Notes under the pieces: model-generated
What the model was told of the DNA's origin: nothing
Database searches by the model: none
The model's input: only the letters and a program-made list of their open reading frames with translations
Translations under genes and position numbers: made by a program
Source: an uncultured Fibrobacteraceae bacterium
GTDB taxonomy: Bacteria; Krumholzibacteriota; Krumholzibacteriia; LZORAL124-64-63
DNA length: 59,694 nucleotides
Direction of reading: 5' to 3'
Assembly: GCA_964646035.1 (NCBI GenBank)
Contig: CAZYDJ010000003.1
Span: 1 to 59,694, forward strand
In this document: positions 1-9,713 of the stretch, piece after piece
How the letters are laid out: each line of letters begins with the position of its first letter
How positions within the stretch are numbered: the stretch's first letter is position 1

Positions 1-54
1 CGCGAGGGCGGCCGCACCGTCGGTGCCGGCGTCGTCGCCAAGATCATCGAATAG
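1..54 (+). CDS. tuf: Elongation factor Tu, last 17 codons (gene runs off the 5' edge)
   Basis: Frame 1 reads REGGRTVGAGVVAKIIE-TAG, the conserved EF-Tu C-terminus. It sits directly upstream of rpsJ, as in most bacteria. Confidence 0.9.
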   Translation, partial: REGGRTVGAGVVAKIIE

Positions 55-67
55 TGAATTGAATCCG

Positions 68-94
68 CGGCGGGAAGTGATTACCTTCCCGCCG
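68..94 (+). terminator. GC-rich hairpin between tuf and rpsJ (possible attenuator or processing site)
   Basis: 10-bp stem CGGCGGGAAG / CTTCCCGCCG with 7-nt loop TGATTAC. No U-tract follows, so termination is uncertain. Confidence 0.3.
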
Positions 95-184
95 GCACCA
101 TCCGGCAACGGGCCGGGATGCGAAAGGTGAGCAGGCGCCGCTGGACGGCGAAGCTGGAGTAACCATCGCGCGAAGGAGAGAAGA

Positions 185-493
185 TTGGCTAGGCAGAAGA
201 TCAAGATCAGACTCAAAGCCTACGAGCCGGCCGTACTGGACCGTTCGGCCCAGATGATCGTGCAGACGGCTTTGCGTACCGGAGCCCTGGTCCGGGGGCC
301 CGTGCCCCTGCCGACCCGGAGGACCATTTATACCGTCCTGCGCTCGCCGCACGTTGACAAGAAGTCGCGCGAGCAGTTTGAGATGCGCATTCACAAGCGC
401 CTCATCGAGATCGAGAACTCGACGCCGCAGACCACGGAATTCCTCAAGAAGCTGACGCTTCCCGCAAGCGTCGACGTGGAGATCAAGGTCTGA
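185..493 (+). CDS. rpsJ: 30S ribosomal protein S10
   Basis: TTG start 7 nt after [20 protein letters not shown]... is a typical S10 N-terminus. First gene of the S10 operon order. Confidence 0.97.
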   Translation: MARQKIKIRLKAYEPAVLDRSAQMIVQTALRTGALVRGPVPLPTRRTIYTVLRSPHVDKKSREQFEMRIHKRLIEIENSTPQTTEFLKKLTLPASVDVEIKV

Positions 494-530
494 GCGTGGC
501 GCGTGAAAGCGACCCAGGGAGCGAGGAACA

Positions 531-1151
531 ATGACGGGACTTATCGGCAAGAAGATCGGGATGACGCGACTGTTCGACGAGAACGGCCTCCATATCCCGG
601 TGACGGTGATCGAGGCCGGTCCCTGCGTGGTTACGCAGATCAAGACCGCCAAGCATGATGGATACGACGCCGTCCAGTTGGGATTCGGGACCCGCAAGCC
701 CAAGAACACTCCGCTGCCCCAGCAGGGGCACTTCAACAAGGCCGGCTGCGCGCCGGTGCGGATAGTGCGCGAGTTCGCCCCCGCCGACGGTGACGCACTC
801 AACGCAGGCGACACCCTGGACGTCTCCATTTTCTCGGACGTCGAGATGGTGGATGTCACCGGCACCACCAAGGGCCGCGGCTTCTCGGGACGGATCAAGC
901 GCTGGGGACAGCACCGTGGACCGGACGGCCATGGCTCCAAGAACGTGCGTCAGTCGGGATCGATCGGCATGCACACCAAGCCGGGTCGGGTTCTGCCGGG
1001 GCACCACATGCCGGGACAGTACGGCAACAAACGCGAGACCAAGAAGAACCTCAAGGTCGTTCGCGTCGATCAGGATCGTAACCTTCTGATGGTCAGGGGC
1101 AGTGTCCCTGGCAGCCGGAACGGGATCGTCTTCATCAAGGTCAGCCGCTAG
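531..1151 (+). CDS. rplC: 50S ribosomal protein L3
   Basis: MTGLIGKKIGMTRLFDENG...VTVIEAGPC is the L3 signature. Operon position fits. Confidence 0.97.
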   Translation: MTGLIGKKIGMTRLFDENGLHIPVTVIEAGPCVVTQIKTAKHDGYDAVQLGFGTRKPKNTPLPQQGHFNKAGCAPVRIVREFAPADGDALNAGDTLDVSIFSDVEMVDVTGTTKGRGFSGRIKRWGQHRGPDGHGSKNVRQSGSIGMHTKPGRVLPGHHMPGQYGNKRETKKNLKVVRVDQDRNLLMVRGSVPGSRNGIVFIKVSR

Positions 1152-1193
1152 GGCGCTCCGGGCCCTCCGGAACAGACAGGCATGAGGTAAGCG

Positions 1194-1823
1194 ATGGCTA
1201 CGGCGAATTTATACAACAAGAGCGGCGAGACGGTCGGCACCGTCGAGCTTTCGGACGCGCTGTTCGCGCAGCCCGTCCACAAACAGGCCCTTTACGAGTC
1301 CGTTCGTTGCTATCTGGCCAACCAGCGCCAGGGCACGCACGACACCCAGACCAGGGCCGAGGTAGCATACTCGGGCTCCAAGCTGTATCGGCAGAAAGGC
1401 ACTGGACGGGCCCGCGCCGGCAGCGCCCGGTCGCCGCTGCGCGTCGGCGGCGGTACGGTCTTCGGACCGCACCCGCGCGATTACAGCTACCGGATCCCCA
1501 AGAAGGTGAAGCGGAAGGCCCTGCATTCCGCTCTGAGCGACCGGGCGACCAACGAGCGGATCTTCGTCATGGAGGACTTCCCGATGGAGGCCCCCCGTAC
1601 CACCGAGATGGCCAAGATGTTGGCCGGAATGGAATTGAGCGGCCGTCACACGCTGTTCGTTCTGCCGATGGATTCGGATACGCTCTACAAGTCCCTTCGC
1701 AACCTCAAGGGTGTCAGGGTCATGCGGCACACGGACCTCAACGCCTATACGGTCCTCTGGGCCGACAATCTGGTGTTCACCAAGAGTTCGTTGAGTGGCG
1801 CCGAGGAGGTGTTCGGATCATGA
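1194..1823 (+). CDS. rplD: 50S ribosomal protein L4
   Basis: ...RQGTHDTQTRAEVAYSGSKLYRQKGTGRARAGS... is the L4 core motif. Operon position fits. Confidence 0.97.
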   Translation: MATANLYNKSGETVGTVELSDALFAQPVHKQALYESVRCYLANQRQGTHDTQTRAEVAYSGSKLYRQKGTGRARAGSARSPLRVGGGTVFGPHPRDYSYRIPKKVKRKALHSALSDRATNERIFVMEDFPMEAPRTTEMAKMLAGMELSGRHTLFVLPMDSDTLYKSLRNLKGVRVMRHTDLNAYTVLWADNLVFTKSSLSGAEEVFGS

Positions 1824-2110
1824 AGGATCTGAGCCGGGTCATCGAGCGACCGCTGATCACCGAGCGCGGCACCGTCCTGAGGGATCTGGCCAACCAGTAT
1901 TTCTTTCAGGTCAATCCGGCCGCCAACAAGCACGAGATCAAGCAGGCCGTGGAACTCTACTTCGGGGTAAAGGTCGCTTCGGTTCGCACCATGAACATGC
2001 GCGGCAAGATCAAGCGGATGGGCCGTTTCCAGGGCAAGCGCTCCGATTGGAAAAAGGCTATCGTAACGCTTTCCGAGGGTGACACGATCGATATCTTCGA
2101 CAACGTCTAG
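1820..2110 (+). CDS. rplW: 50S ribosomal protein L23
   Basis: The ATG overlaps the rplD stop (ATGA). [17 protein letters not shown]...[18 protein letters not shown] is L23-like. The long track ORF 1307-2110 is this frame extended upstream. Confidence 0.95.
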   Translation: MKDLSRVIERPLITERGTVLRDLANQYFFQVNPAANKHEIKQAVELYFGVKVASVRTMNMRGKIKRMGRFQGKRSDWKKAIVTLSEGDTIDIFDNV

Positions 2111-2162
2111 GACGAGGGTTGCCGCTGCGCGGACGCAGTGGCTCGTGAGGAGTAGGGAACAG

Positions 2163-2990
2163 ATGGCTATCAAGAAGTTGAAGCCCCAGACGCCCGGACA
2201 GCGCTTCCGCACGGTCTCGGATTTCAGTGAGATCACGACGGACAGGCCTGAGAAATCGCTGCTCGAGCCCTTGACCAAGTCGGGCGGTCGCAACAACAAC
2301 GGCCGCGTGACAAGCCGTCACCGCGGCGGCGGCCACAAGCGACGCTACCGTCGTATCGACTTCAAGCGCGACAAGATGGGCGTTCCCGCCCGGGTCGCGA
2401 CGGTCGAATACGACCCGAACCGCAGCGCCCGGATCTCTCTGCTGGTCTACGCCGACGGCGAGAAGCGGTACATCATCTGGCCCAACGGCCTGAAGGTGAA
2501 CGATACCGTCATGGCCGGCGAGAAGGCCGGGTTCAACGTCGGCAACGCGCTTCCCCTGCGGTTGATCCCGCTGGGAACGTTGGTGCACAACGTCGAACTG
2601 CAGATCGGCCGCGGCGGCCAGATCGTGCGCAGCGCCGGTTCCTTCGCCCAGGTCATGGCCAAGGACGGCGACTACGTCACGCTGCGCCTGCCGAGCGGCG
2701 AGGTGCGGATGGTGCACCAGAACTGCTATGCGACAATCGGCGAGGTGGGCAATTCCGAGCACGAGAACATCGTGCTGGGCAAGGCCGGCAAGTCGCGTTG
2801 GCTCGGTCGTCGGCCCAAGGTTCGCGGCGTGGCCATGAACCCGGTCGACCATCCCCACGGCGGCGGCGAGGGCAAGACTTCGGGCGGCCGCCACCCGGTT
2901 TCTCCCTGGGGCACGCCGGCCAAGGGATTCAAGACCCGGACCAAGAAGCCTTCGGATCGATTCATCGTGCGCAGGCGCAAGAAGAAGTAG
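2163..2990 (+). CDS. rplB: 50S ribosomal protein L2
   Basis: [15 protein letters not shown]...GGGHKRRYR...[13 protein letters not shown] are L2 signatures. Internal ATG of track ORF 2079-2990. Confidence 0.97.
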   Translation: MAIKKLKPQTPGQRFRTVSDFSEITTDRPEKSLLEPLTKSGGRNNNGRVTSRHRGGGHKRRYRRIDFKRDKMGVPARVATVEYDPNRSARISLLVYADGEKRYIIWPNGLKVNDTVMAGEKAGFNVGNALPLRLIPLGTLVHNVELQIGRGGQIVRSAGSFAQVMAKDGDYVTLRLPSGEVRMVHQNCYATIGEVGNSEHENIVLGKAGKSRWLGRRPKVRGVAMNPVDHPHGGGEGKTSGGRHPVSPWGTPAKGFKTRTKKPSDRFIVRRRKKK

Positions 2991-3042
2991 CTGAACCCGC
3001 CGCGGGCCAGGCCGGCGGCGCTTGATGGAGGATGGGAGCAGC

Positions 3043-3318
3043 ATGGCTCGATCGATCAAAAAGGGACCCTACGTCGCAGATCACCTCGCCAAGAAGGTGA
3101 ACGACCTGAATTCCAGGGGCGAAAAGCGGGTCATCAAGACATGGTCCCGCAGGTCCACGATCATTCCGGACTTCCTGGGCCACACGATCGCCGTCCACAA
3201 CGGCAAGCAGTTCATACCCGTGTATGTCCAGGAGAACATGGTGGGGCATAAGTTCGGTGAATTTTCCCCCACGCGGACGTATCGCGGACATTCGAGCAGG
3301 GATAAGAAGAAGAAGTAG
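3043..3318 (+). CDS. rpsS: 30S ribosomal protein S19
   Basis: [11 protein letters not shown]...[15 protein letters not shown]...GHKFGEF. GGAGGA-like SD upstream. Confidence 0.97.
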   Translation: MARSIKKGPYVADHLAKKVNDLNSRGEKRVIKTWSRRSTIIPDFLGHTIAVHNGKQFIPVYVQENMVGHKFGEFSPTRTYRGHSSRDKKKK

Positions 3319-3342
3319 CGCCCCAAACTCGGAGGCTTTGAG

Positions 3343-3690
3343 ATGAGCGGCCGTGCCGTTAGTCGTTACGTAAGGATTTCGCCCAGCAAGACCAGGCTCG
3401 TCGCCGATCTTGTCCGTGGCAAGCGTGTGGATAAGGCCTTGAACATCCTCGCCCTGACTCCCAGGAAGGCTTCGCCGATCCTGCGCAAGGCGATCATGTC
3501 CGCCGTCGCCAACGCCCGTAACACGGGCGAAGAAGGCGTTCGCCGCAATGATGCCGAATACGTCGTGTCCGAAGTCATGATCGACGAGGGACCGACCATG
3601 AAGCGGATCCGCCCGCGGGCCCAAGGGCGCGCTTACCGGATCCTGAAGCGAACCAGTCATATCCAGGTCAAGGTTTCCCCGGTCGATTAG
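3343..3690 (+). CDS. rplV: 50S ribosomal protein L22
   Basis: ...RYVRISPSKTRLVADLVRGKRVDKALNIL... is L22-like. Operon position fits. Confidence 0.96.
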   Translation: MSGRAVSRYVRISPSKTRLVADLVRGKRVDKALNILALTPRKASPILRKAIMSAVANARNTGEEGVRRNDAEYVVSEVMIDEGPTMKRIRPRAQGRAYRILKRTSHIQVKVSPVD

Positions 3691-3765
3691 ACCGGAGGGA
3701 TGCGGGGACCAGCGGCGCTTCTGCGCCGGCAGAAAAGGTCTTCCGCGGCTCCGAAAGGAAGATGA

Positions 3766-4440
3766 ATGGGTCAGAAGACACATCCTATCGGTTTCCGGCT
3801 GGGAATCGTAAAGGACTGGAACTCCTCCTGGTTCAGCACCAAGGAGTATGCTGACTGGCTGAGCGAGGATCTCCTCCTGCGGAAATACGTCATGACTCGC
3901 GTCGGCACCGCCGGTATCGCCGCAGTCAAGATCAAGCGGTTCCGCGAGAAGGTGAACGTCATCGTTTCCACGAGCCGGCCGGGCGTGGTCATCGGTCGTC
4001 GTGGAGCCCGCGCCGACGAATTGAAGGCCGAGCTCGAGGCGATGATCGGCAAGAAGGTCAAGCTGGACATCGAGGAGATCAAGAAGCCCGAGCTCAGCGC
4101 GCCTCTGGTGGCCGAGCACGTGGCAGCCCAGCTGAAGGGCCGCGTTTCCTTCCGTCGCGCCATGAAGAAGGCCATCGCCACCGCCATGCGGATGGGTGCG
4201 AAGGGCATCAAGATCAGGTGCGCCGGCCGCCTCGGCGGTTCGGAAATGGCCCGGATCGAGTCCTATCACGACGGTAGTGTGCCCCTGCACACCCTGCGTG
4301 CCGACATCGATTACGGAACGGCATTGGCCTGCACCACCTACGGCGCCATCGGCGTCAAAGTGTGGATCTGCCGCGGGGAGATCTTTCCCGCCGACTTCAA
4401 GGAGCAGCTGCGGGCGCAGGTCCATGAGGATCGAGCCTGA
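3766..4440 (+). CDS. rpsC: 30S ribosomal protein S3
   Basis: [23 protein letters not shown]... is the canonical S3 N-terminus. Confidence 0.97.
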   Translation: MGQKTHPIGFRLGIVKDWNSSWFSTKEYADWLSEDLLLRKYVMTRVGTAGIAAVKIKRFREKVNVIVSTSRPGVVIGRRGARADELKAELEAMIGKKVKLDIEEIKKPELSAPLVAEHVAAQLKGRVSFRRAMKKAIATAMRMGAKGIKIRCAGRLGGSEMARIESYHDGSVPLHTLRADIDYGTALACTTYGAIGVKVWICRGEIFPADFKEQLRAQVHEDRA

Positions 4441-4491
4441 CGGTCATCCGGCCCGCATGGAGCGTGAGCCGATTGGAGAGGACGACTAGTC

Positions 4492-4905
4492 ATGTTGATG
4501 CCGAAGAGAACAAAGTTCAGGAAGGCCCATAAGGGCCGCATGCGGGGCGTCGCGCACCGCGGCAGCTCGGTGGCCTTCGGCGATTACGGGTTGCAGGCCA
4601 TGGAGTGCGGCTGGATCAAGAGCCGCCAGATCGAGTCCGCCCGTGTGGCTATCACCCGTAGCATAAAGCGCCTGGGCAAGGTCTGGATCCGTGTCTTTCC
4701 GGACAAGCCCATTACTTTGAAGCCCGCCGAAACCCGAATGGGCAAGGGCAAGGGCAGCCCGGAATACTGGGTCGCCGTGGTCAAGCCGGGCCGCATCCTG
4801 TTCGAGATCAACGGCGTCACCCCGGACCTGGCCAAGAAGGCCCTAACTCTCGGTGCGGCCAAGCTGCCGTTCAAGACGCGCATCGTCAGCCGCCAGGGGG
4901 ACTAA
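4492..4905 (+). CDS. rplP: 50S ribosomal protein L16
   Basis: [19 protein letters not shown]... is the canonical L16 N-terminus. Confidence 0.97.
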   Translation: MLMPKRTKFRKAHKGRMRGVAHRGSSVAFGDYGLQAMECGWIKSRQIESARVAITRSIKRLGKVWIRVFPDKPITLKPAETRMGKGKGSPEYWVAVVKPGRILFEINGVTPDLAKKALTLGAAKLPFKTRIVSRQGD

Positions 4906-4908
4906 GAG

Positions 4909-5106
4909 ATGAAGAAAGCCCACGAGTTGCGGGAAATGTCCGTCGAGGAGCTCGAGAGCCTCGTTACCGAAAAGTCGGAGGATTTCCTGAACATGAGGAT
5001 GCAGCTGAAGATGCGTCGCATCGACAATCCCTTGTCCGTCCGTATGGCGCGCAGGGAGTTGGCTGTCATCAAGACCGTGCTGAATGAGAAGAGAGCCGGC
5101 CTCTAG
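4909..5106 (+). CDS. rpmC: 50S ribosomal protein L29
   Basis: 65 aa, MKKAHELREMSVEELESLV..., located between rplP and rpsQ. Confidence 0.95.
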   Translation: MKKAHELREMSVEELESLVTEKSEDFLNMRMQLKMRRIDNPLSVRMARRELAVIKTVLNEKRAGL

Positions 5107-5158
5107 AGGCTCCGGCTAGCCGCCCGCGGCCAGTTCCGCTGGGCAGGGAGATGGAAGC

Positions 5159-5422
5159 ATGACGAATAGTGAGAGGAACCTGAGGGCTGTTCGGATCGGC
5201 ACGGTGGTGTCCGACAAGATGGACAAGACCGTCGTCGTCAAGATCGACCGGCGTTTCCCCCATCCTCTGTACAAGCGGATCATCACCCGCTCGGAGAAGC
5301 TGAGCGCGCACGACGAGACGAACGATTGCAATATCGGCGATGTCGTGAAGTTGATGGCAACGCGGCCCTACTCGAAGAGCAAGCGCTGGCGTGTCGCGGA
5401 GATACTGGAGCGGGCGAAGTAA
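5159..5422 (+). CDS. rpsQ: 30S ribosomal protein S17
   Basis: ...[31 protein letters not shown]...SKRWRV is the S17 signature. Confidence 0.96.
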   Translation: MTNSERNLRAVRIGTVVSDKMDKTVVVKIDRRFPHPLYKRIITRSEKLSAHDETNDCNIGDVVKLMATRPYSKSKRWRVAEILERAK

Positions 5423-5443
5423 CAGGCCCCCAAGGAGAAAGTC

Positions 5444-5812
5444 ATGATTCAGGAATACACGATGATGACCATCGCGGACAACTCGGGCGCCAAGACCGCC
5501 CAGTGCATCCGCATTCTCGGCGGAACCCGTCGCCGCTACGCGCGGGTCGGGGACGTCGTGGTCTGCGCGGTCAAGTCGGCGATCCCCAACGGGAACATGA
5601 AGAAGGGCACCGTCGTCAAGGCGGTCGTCGTTCGGACCCGCAAGGAGGTCGGCCGGCGCGACGGCTCGTACATCCGCTTCGGCGAGAACGCCGCCGTCAT
5701 CATCGGCGACGACGGGGAGCCCGTGGGCACCCGTATCTTCGGGCCGGTTGCCCGGGAGCTGCGCGAGAAGAAGTACATGAAGATCGTCTCGCTGGCTCCG
5801 GAGGTTCTGTGA
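5444..5812 (+). CDS. rplN: 50S ribosomal protein L14
   Basis: [27 protein letters not shown]... is the L14 signature. Confidence 0.97.
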   Translation: MIQEYTMMTIADNSGAKTAQCIRILGGTRRRYARVGDVVVCAVKSAIPNGNMKKGTVVKAVVVRTRKEVGRRDGSYIRFGENAAVIIGDDGEPVGTRIFGPVARELREKKYMKIVSLAPEVL

Positions 5813-6126
5813 TGCATATCCGCAAGAAGGACAAAGTCAAGGTCTTGGCCGGTAACGACCGCGGCAAGATCGGTGAAGTGTTGAAGGTGTTTCCCGACTC
5901 GAACCGCATCGTGGTCGAGAAGGTGAACATGATCAAACGCCACACCCGCAAGACGCAGCAGACGCCTCAGGGCGGCATCGTCGAGAAGGAGGCGCCCATC
6001 GCGGTCGCCAACGTGATGATGATCTGCCCGAAGTGCGGCAACCCGTCGCGGACCGGCACGGTCAAGCTCAACGACGGCAGCCGTGTGCGGACCTGCAAGA
6101 AGTGTGGCGAAATGCTGGCCAACTGA
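5812..6126 (+). CDS. rplX: 50S ribosomal protein L24 (with C-terminal CxxC...CxxC zinc-ribbon)
   Basis: The ATG overlaps the rplN stop (TGATG). [26 protein letters not shown] is the KOW motif. CPKCG...CKKCG lies near the C-terminus. In frame with track ORF 5326-6126, whose upstream part is spurious. Confidence 0.95.
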   Translation: MHIRKKDKVKVLAGNDRGKIGEVLKVFPDSNRIVVEKVNMIKRHTRKTQQTPQGGIVEKEAPIAVANVMMICPKCGNPSRTGTVKLNDGSRVRTCKKCGEMLAN

Positions 6127-6151
6127 CGGCCGGCCTGGAGGACCTAGTAAA

Positions 6152-6703
6152 ATGGCGAAGAGCATGCCGAGAATGAGGGAATCCTACGAACAGGATATCC
6201 GGCCGGCCCTGAAGGAGAAATTCGGGTACGTCAACCCGATGATGATCCCGAAGCCGACCAAGATCGTCCTGAACGTGGGCGCCGGCCGCGCCATCCAGAA
6301 CCAGAAGATGCTGGAAAGCGCCGTCGTGGAACTGGAGACGATCACCGGCCAGAAGGCGGTCAAGGCCAGGGCCCGCAAATCCATCTCGAACTTCAAGCTC
6401 CGCGAGGGCATGGAGATCGGGGCCCGCGTCACGTTGCGCGGCGAGCGGATGTGGGAGTTCATGGACCGCTTCATCAACTTCACCCTGCCCCGCATCCGGG
6501 ATTTCCGCGGCGTGACGACCCGTTTGAGCGGCAGTGGCGACTACACTATCGGTTTGCGGGATCAGTTGGTGTTCCCGGAGATCGATTACGACAAGGTCGA
6601 TGAGCCGCGCGGAATGAATGTGACATTCGTGACGACCGCCAAGACCGATGAGGAAGGGCGCGAGTTGCTTCGGCTGCTGGGCATGCCTTTCCGACGTTCC
6701 TAG
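6152..6703 (+). CDS. rplE: 50S ribosomal protein L5
   Basis: ATG 9 nt after GGAGGA. ...[32 protein letters not shown]... is the L5 signature. Confidence 0.96.
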   Translation: MAKSMPRMRESYEQDIRPALKEKFGYVNPMMIPKPTKIVLNVGAGRAIQNQKMLESAVVELETITGQKAVKARARKSISNFKLREGMEIGARVTLRGERMWEFMDRFINFTLPRIRDFRGVTTRLSGSGDYTIGLRDQLVFPEIDYDKVDEPRGMNVTFVTTAKTDEEGRELLRLLGMPFRRS

Positions 6704-6714
6704 GAGGATTTGAG

Positions 6715-6900
6715 TTGGCTAAGAAGTCGCTGATCGCCAAGGCCAACCGGCCGCCGAAGTACAAGGTACGGGGTTATAACCGGTGCCGTCGCTGCGGGCG
6801 TCCCCGGGCCTACTACCGCAAGTTCGGCATCTGCAGGATTTGCTTCCGTGAGTTGGCCCTGCAGGGCGACTTGCCGGGCGTCGTCAAGTCGAGCTGGTAA
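6715..6900 (+). CDS. rpsN: 30S ribosomal protein S14, short zinc-binding type Z
   Basis: 61 aa, TTG start, [46 protein letters not shown] (CxxC...CxxC). Confidence 0.96.
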   Translation: MAKKSLIAKANRPPKYKVRGYNRCRRCGRPRAYYRKFGICRICFRELALQGDLPGVVKSSW

Positions 6901-6924
6901 TACGCTGCGAGGAGCTTGAAAAAG

Positions 6925-7332
6925 ATGAGCATGACCGATCCCATTGCGGACATGTTGACGCGGATCAGAAACGCAGGGGTCGCCGGGCACCGCAAGGTTG
7001 ACCTCCCCGCGTCCAGAACAAAGAAGGCGATCGCCGAGCTTCTGATGAAGCAGGGCTATATCGCCGAGGTGAAGGAACTGGATGAGGGCGCCCAGGGCGT
7101 CATCAGGATCCAGTTGAAGTATTTCGAGATCGACGGCAAACAGGCCGGCGTAATCGAAGGTATTCGCCGAGTCAGTAAGCCGGGTCGCCGGGTCTACGCC
7201 GACAAGGACAACATTGCCAAGGTCCGGGGCGGCTATGGAATCGCGATCGTATCGACAAACCGGGGGATCATGACCGACCACCAATGCCGTATCAACGGCA
7301 TCGGCGGCGAGATCCTCTGTGAAGTCTGGTAA
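6925..7332 (+). CDS. rpsH: 30S ribosomal protein S8
   Basis: MSMTDPIADMLTRIRNA... ATG lies 10 nt after GAGGAG. The track ORF starts 9 nt earlier at a TTG that is too close to the SD. Confidence 0.95.
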   Translation: MSMTDPIADMLTRIRNAGVAGHRKVDLPASRTKKAIAELLMKQGYIAEVKELDEGAQGVIRIQLKYFEIDGKQAGVIEGIRRVSKPGRRVYADKDNIAKVRGGYGIAIVSTNRGIMTDHQCRINGIGGEILCEVW

Positions 7333-7356
7333 AGCCGAATCTGCGGAGGATAGAGG

Positions 7357-7896
7357 ATGTCGCGCGTAGGACTCAAGCCGATCCCCGTTCCGGATGGAAC
7401 CAAGATCACGATCGAGAAAGACTTCTCCGTCGTGAAGGGTCCCAAGGGTGAGTTGAAGCAGCATATCCCCGCTGGTCTCGCTTTCGAGCAGGCCGACGGC
7501 GAGTTGCGGATCTCTCGTCCGGATAACAGCCCGAAGATGCGGGCCAACCACGGCCTAGTTCGTGCCCTTATCGCCAACCAGGTGACGGGCGTGACCGATG
7601 GCTTCACCAAGTCGCTAGAGATCGTCGGCGTGGGCTATCGCGCCCAGGTCAAAGGGAATGTGCTCGATCTGCAGCTGCAGTTCAGCCACCCCCTGGAGTA
7701 CCCGATCCCCGACGGGATTACCATCAACTGCCCCGAGCCGACGCGGATCGATGTCAGCGGCATCGACAAGCAGCAGGTCGGCCAGGTGGCCGCCGAGATC
7801 CGCGCTTTCCGTAAGCCCGAACCATATAAGGGCAAGGGAATTCGCTACTTGGGTGAGCAGATTGTCAGGAAGGCCGGCAAGACGGCCGGCAAGTAA
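7357..7896 (+). CDS. rplF: 50S ribosomal protein L6
   Basis: MSRVGLKPIPVPDGTKITIE...VKGPKGEL... is the L6 signature. Confidence 0.97.
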   Translation: MSRVGLKPIPVPDGTKITIEKDFSVVKGPKGELKQHIPAGLAFEQADGELRISRPDNSPKMRANHGLVRALIANQVTGVTDGFTKSLEIVGVGYRAQVKGNVLDLQLQFSHPLEYPIPDGITINCPEPTRIDVSGIDKQQVGQVAAEIRAFRKPEPYKGKGIRYLGEQIVRKAGKTAGK

Positions 7897-7923
7897 CCCG
7901 GCCGTTTCTGGAGGATACGAGGC

Positions 7924-8298
7924 ATGAAAGACGTTGCACGAGATCGGAGAATCGCGCGAATGAAGCGGCGGGTCCGCGTTCGCAAGCATCTCTCCGGAAC
8001 GGCGGATCGCCCCCGGTTGGCTGTTTTTCGCAGCCATCAGGCGATGTACGCCCAGATGATCGACGATGCGGCCGGCCATACCATGGCTGCCGCGGACAGT
8101 CGCAAACCCTTCGAGATCGAGGTGCCCGAGGGCATCGGCGGCAAGTGCGCCCAGGCGTATCTCGTCGGTCGGGCGATTGCCGATTTGGCTCAAAAACAAG
8201 GTATCGAAACCGTTGTCTTCGACCGCGGTGGCTACCTATATCACGGTCGGGTCGCGGCCTTGGCCCGCGGGGCCAGGGACGGCGGACTGAAGTTCTAG
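7924..8298 (+). CDS. rplR: 50S ribosomal protein L18
   Basis: ...RVRKHLSGTADRPRLAVFRSHQAMYAQMIDD...FDRGGYLYHGRV is the L18 signature. Confidence 0.96.
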   Translation: MKDVARDRRIARMKRRVRVRKHLSGTADRPRLAVFRSHQAMYAQMIDDAAGHTMAAADSRKPFEIEVPEGIGGKCAQAYLVGRAIADLAQKQGIETVVFDRGGYLYHGRVAALARGARDGGLKF

Positions 8299-8330
8299 GT
8301 TAGAGTGGGTTTCAGGACAGGAGCAGTTCG

Positions 8331-9038
8331 ATGACCAACACGGGCAACAACACGGGTCCCAGCTCCGGCGGCAGCCGCCCCGGAGGCCCCGGCCAGCAGA
8401 ACCGCGGCGGTCGCGGCCAGGGTGGTTTCGGCCAGCGTGGCGGCGCACGTCCCGGCGGACGTCCCGGCGGACGCCCTGGTGGGCGCAACGACCGAGGTCG
8501 CGATCGCGATCGAGACATGGTCGATATGCTGGAGACCGTCATCACCATCAATCGAGTGGCGAAGGTCGTCAAGGGTGGTCGCCGGTTCAGCTTCAACGCG
8601 CTCGACACCGGCGGCGACGGCAAGGGCTAGGTTGGCGTGGCCCTCGGCAAGGCGAATGAAATCGCCGACGCCATCCGCAAGGCTTCCGAGGCGGCTCGGG
8701 CCGGCCAGTTCACGGTGCCGATCCTGAACGACACGATCCCTTACGGGGTTGTCGGCAGTTACGGCGCCAGCAAGGTAGTCCTGCGCCCCGCGGCGCCGGG
8801 CACCGGTGTCATCGCAGCCGGCGGAGTGCGTGCGATTCTCGAGGCTTCGGGAATCAAGAACATTCTGACCAAGCAGATGGGTTCGCGCAACCCCCACAAC
8901 GTCTGGAAGGCGACCGTGGACGGATTGCGCCAGCTGCGGTCGGTGCAGCAGGTCGCCGCCAAGCGCGGGATCTCGATCCCCGAGGTGTTCGGCCTGGCTC
9001 CGAAGCAGCCGGCCAAGGAGGCGACGGACAATGGCTAA
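8331..9038 (+). CDS. rpsE: 30S ribosomal protein S5, reading frame interrupted by an in-frame TAG at 8628-8630; Gly/Arg-rich N-terminal extension
   Basis: Track ORFs 8331-8630 and 8637-9038 share one frame. Joined, they read ...[45 protein letters not shown]...PGTGVIAGG...NPHNVWKAT, a full S5. AGGAGC lies 6 nt before the 8331 ATG. Confidence 0.85.
8442..8489 (+). repeat. Four tandem 12-nt units inside rpsE encoding (G-A/G-R-P)x3 + GGRN
   Basis: GGCGCACGTCCC GGCGGACGTCCC GGCGGACGCCCT GGTGGGCGCAAC, read directly. Followed by an (RD)n-coding CGCGATCGCGATCGAGAC. Confidence 0.8.
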
Positions 9039-9213
9039 GCTGAAGATTACCCAGGTGCGCAGCGTGATCGGGCGGCCGGAAAAGCACCGCCGCGTGGTCG
9101 CCGCACTGGGTCTCCGCAAGCGCGAGGCCACGGTCATTCATGAGGACACCCCGGCCATCAGGGGAATGGTTTTCAAGGTGCGCCACCTGGTTTCGGTGGA
9201 AGAGGTGAAGTGA
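9031..9213 (+). CDS. rpmD: 50S ribosomal protein L30
   Basis: [30 protein letters not shown]... Overlaps the rpsE end by 8 nt. Confidence 0.96.
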   Translation: MAKLKITQVRSVIGRPEKHRRVVAALGLRKREATVIHEDTPAIRGMVFKVRHLVSVEEVK

Positions 9214-9215
9214 GC

Positions 9216-9665
9216 ATGCTGAAGTTGAACAATATCGGCGCTCCCAAGGGCGCCACGAAGAACCGCAAGCGGCTCGGTCGCGGCCCCGGCTCCGGCCAGG
9301 GCAAGACCGCCGGTCGCGGGCACAAGGGCCAGAAGGCTCGTTCGGGCGGCGGAATTCCTCCCTGGTTCGAGGGTGGACAGATGCCGATCAACCGCCGACT
9401 GCCCAAGCGCGGTTTCACGAACATCTTCAAGAAGGTCTATCAGTTGGTCAACCTGGACCAGTTGAACCGCTTCGAAGAGGGCAGCACCGTCGACGCCTCC
9501 GTCCTGGCGGGTGCCGGCCTGGTCAAGTATCTCGATCGTCCCATCAAATTGCTGGGCCGTGGTGATCTTGAGGCCAAGTCGCTGCAGGTGAAGGTGAACA
9601 AGGCCAGCCAGAGCGCCGTCTCGGCTGTCGAAGGCGCCGGTGGCAACGTCACCGTCGAAGGTTGA
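9216..9665 (+). CDS. rplO: 50S ribosomal protein L15
   Basis: MLKLNNIGAPKGATKNRKRLGRGPGSGQGKTAGRGHKGQKARSG. The track ORF starts 6 nt earlier at a GTG. Confidence 0.95.
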   Translation: MLKLNNIGAPKGATKNRKRLGRGPGSGQGKTAGRGHKGQKARSGGGIPPWFEGGQMPINRRLPKRGFTNIFKKVYQLVNLDQLNRFEEGSTVDASVLAGAGLVKYLDRPIKLLGRGDLEAKSLQVKVNKASQSAVSAVEGAGGNVTVEG

Positions 9666-9713
9666 TCACGGACGTGATTCTATGAAGGCAACGCATTCGA
9701 AAAGGAAGCCGCT

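Noticed and set aside
2962-4425. 487-aa ORF on the minus strand across rpsS-rplV-rpsC
   Set aside because: It is antisense to genes with unmistakable ribosomal-protein sequences. The composition is Arg/Gly/Ala/Pro-rich, typical of shadow ORFs in high-GC DNA. No recognisable motifs.
8442-8489. Tandem 12-nt repeats considered as a CRISPR-like or VNTR element
   Set aside because: The units are contiguous with no spacers, in frame and inside rpsE, encoding G-G-R-P repeats. This is a coding low-complexity repeat, not an array.
8628-8630. Idea that TAG is reassigned (alternative genetic code or pyrrolysine) to explain the rpsE interruption
   Set aside because: TAG terminates at least a dozen well-defined genes in this window at the expected protein ends. 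I saw no pyl genes and no PYLIS-like context. A site-specific error or read-through is more parsimonious.
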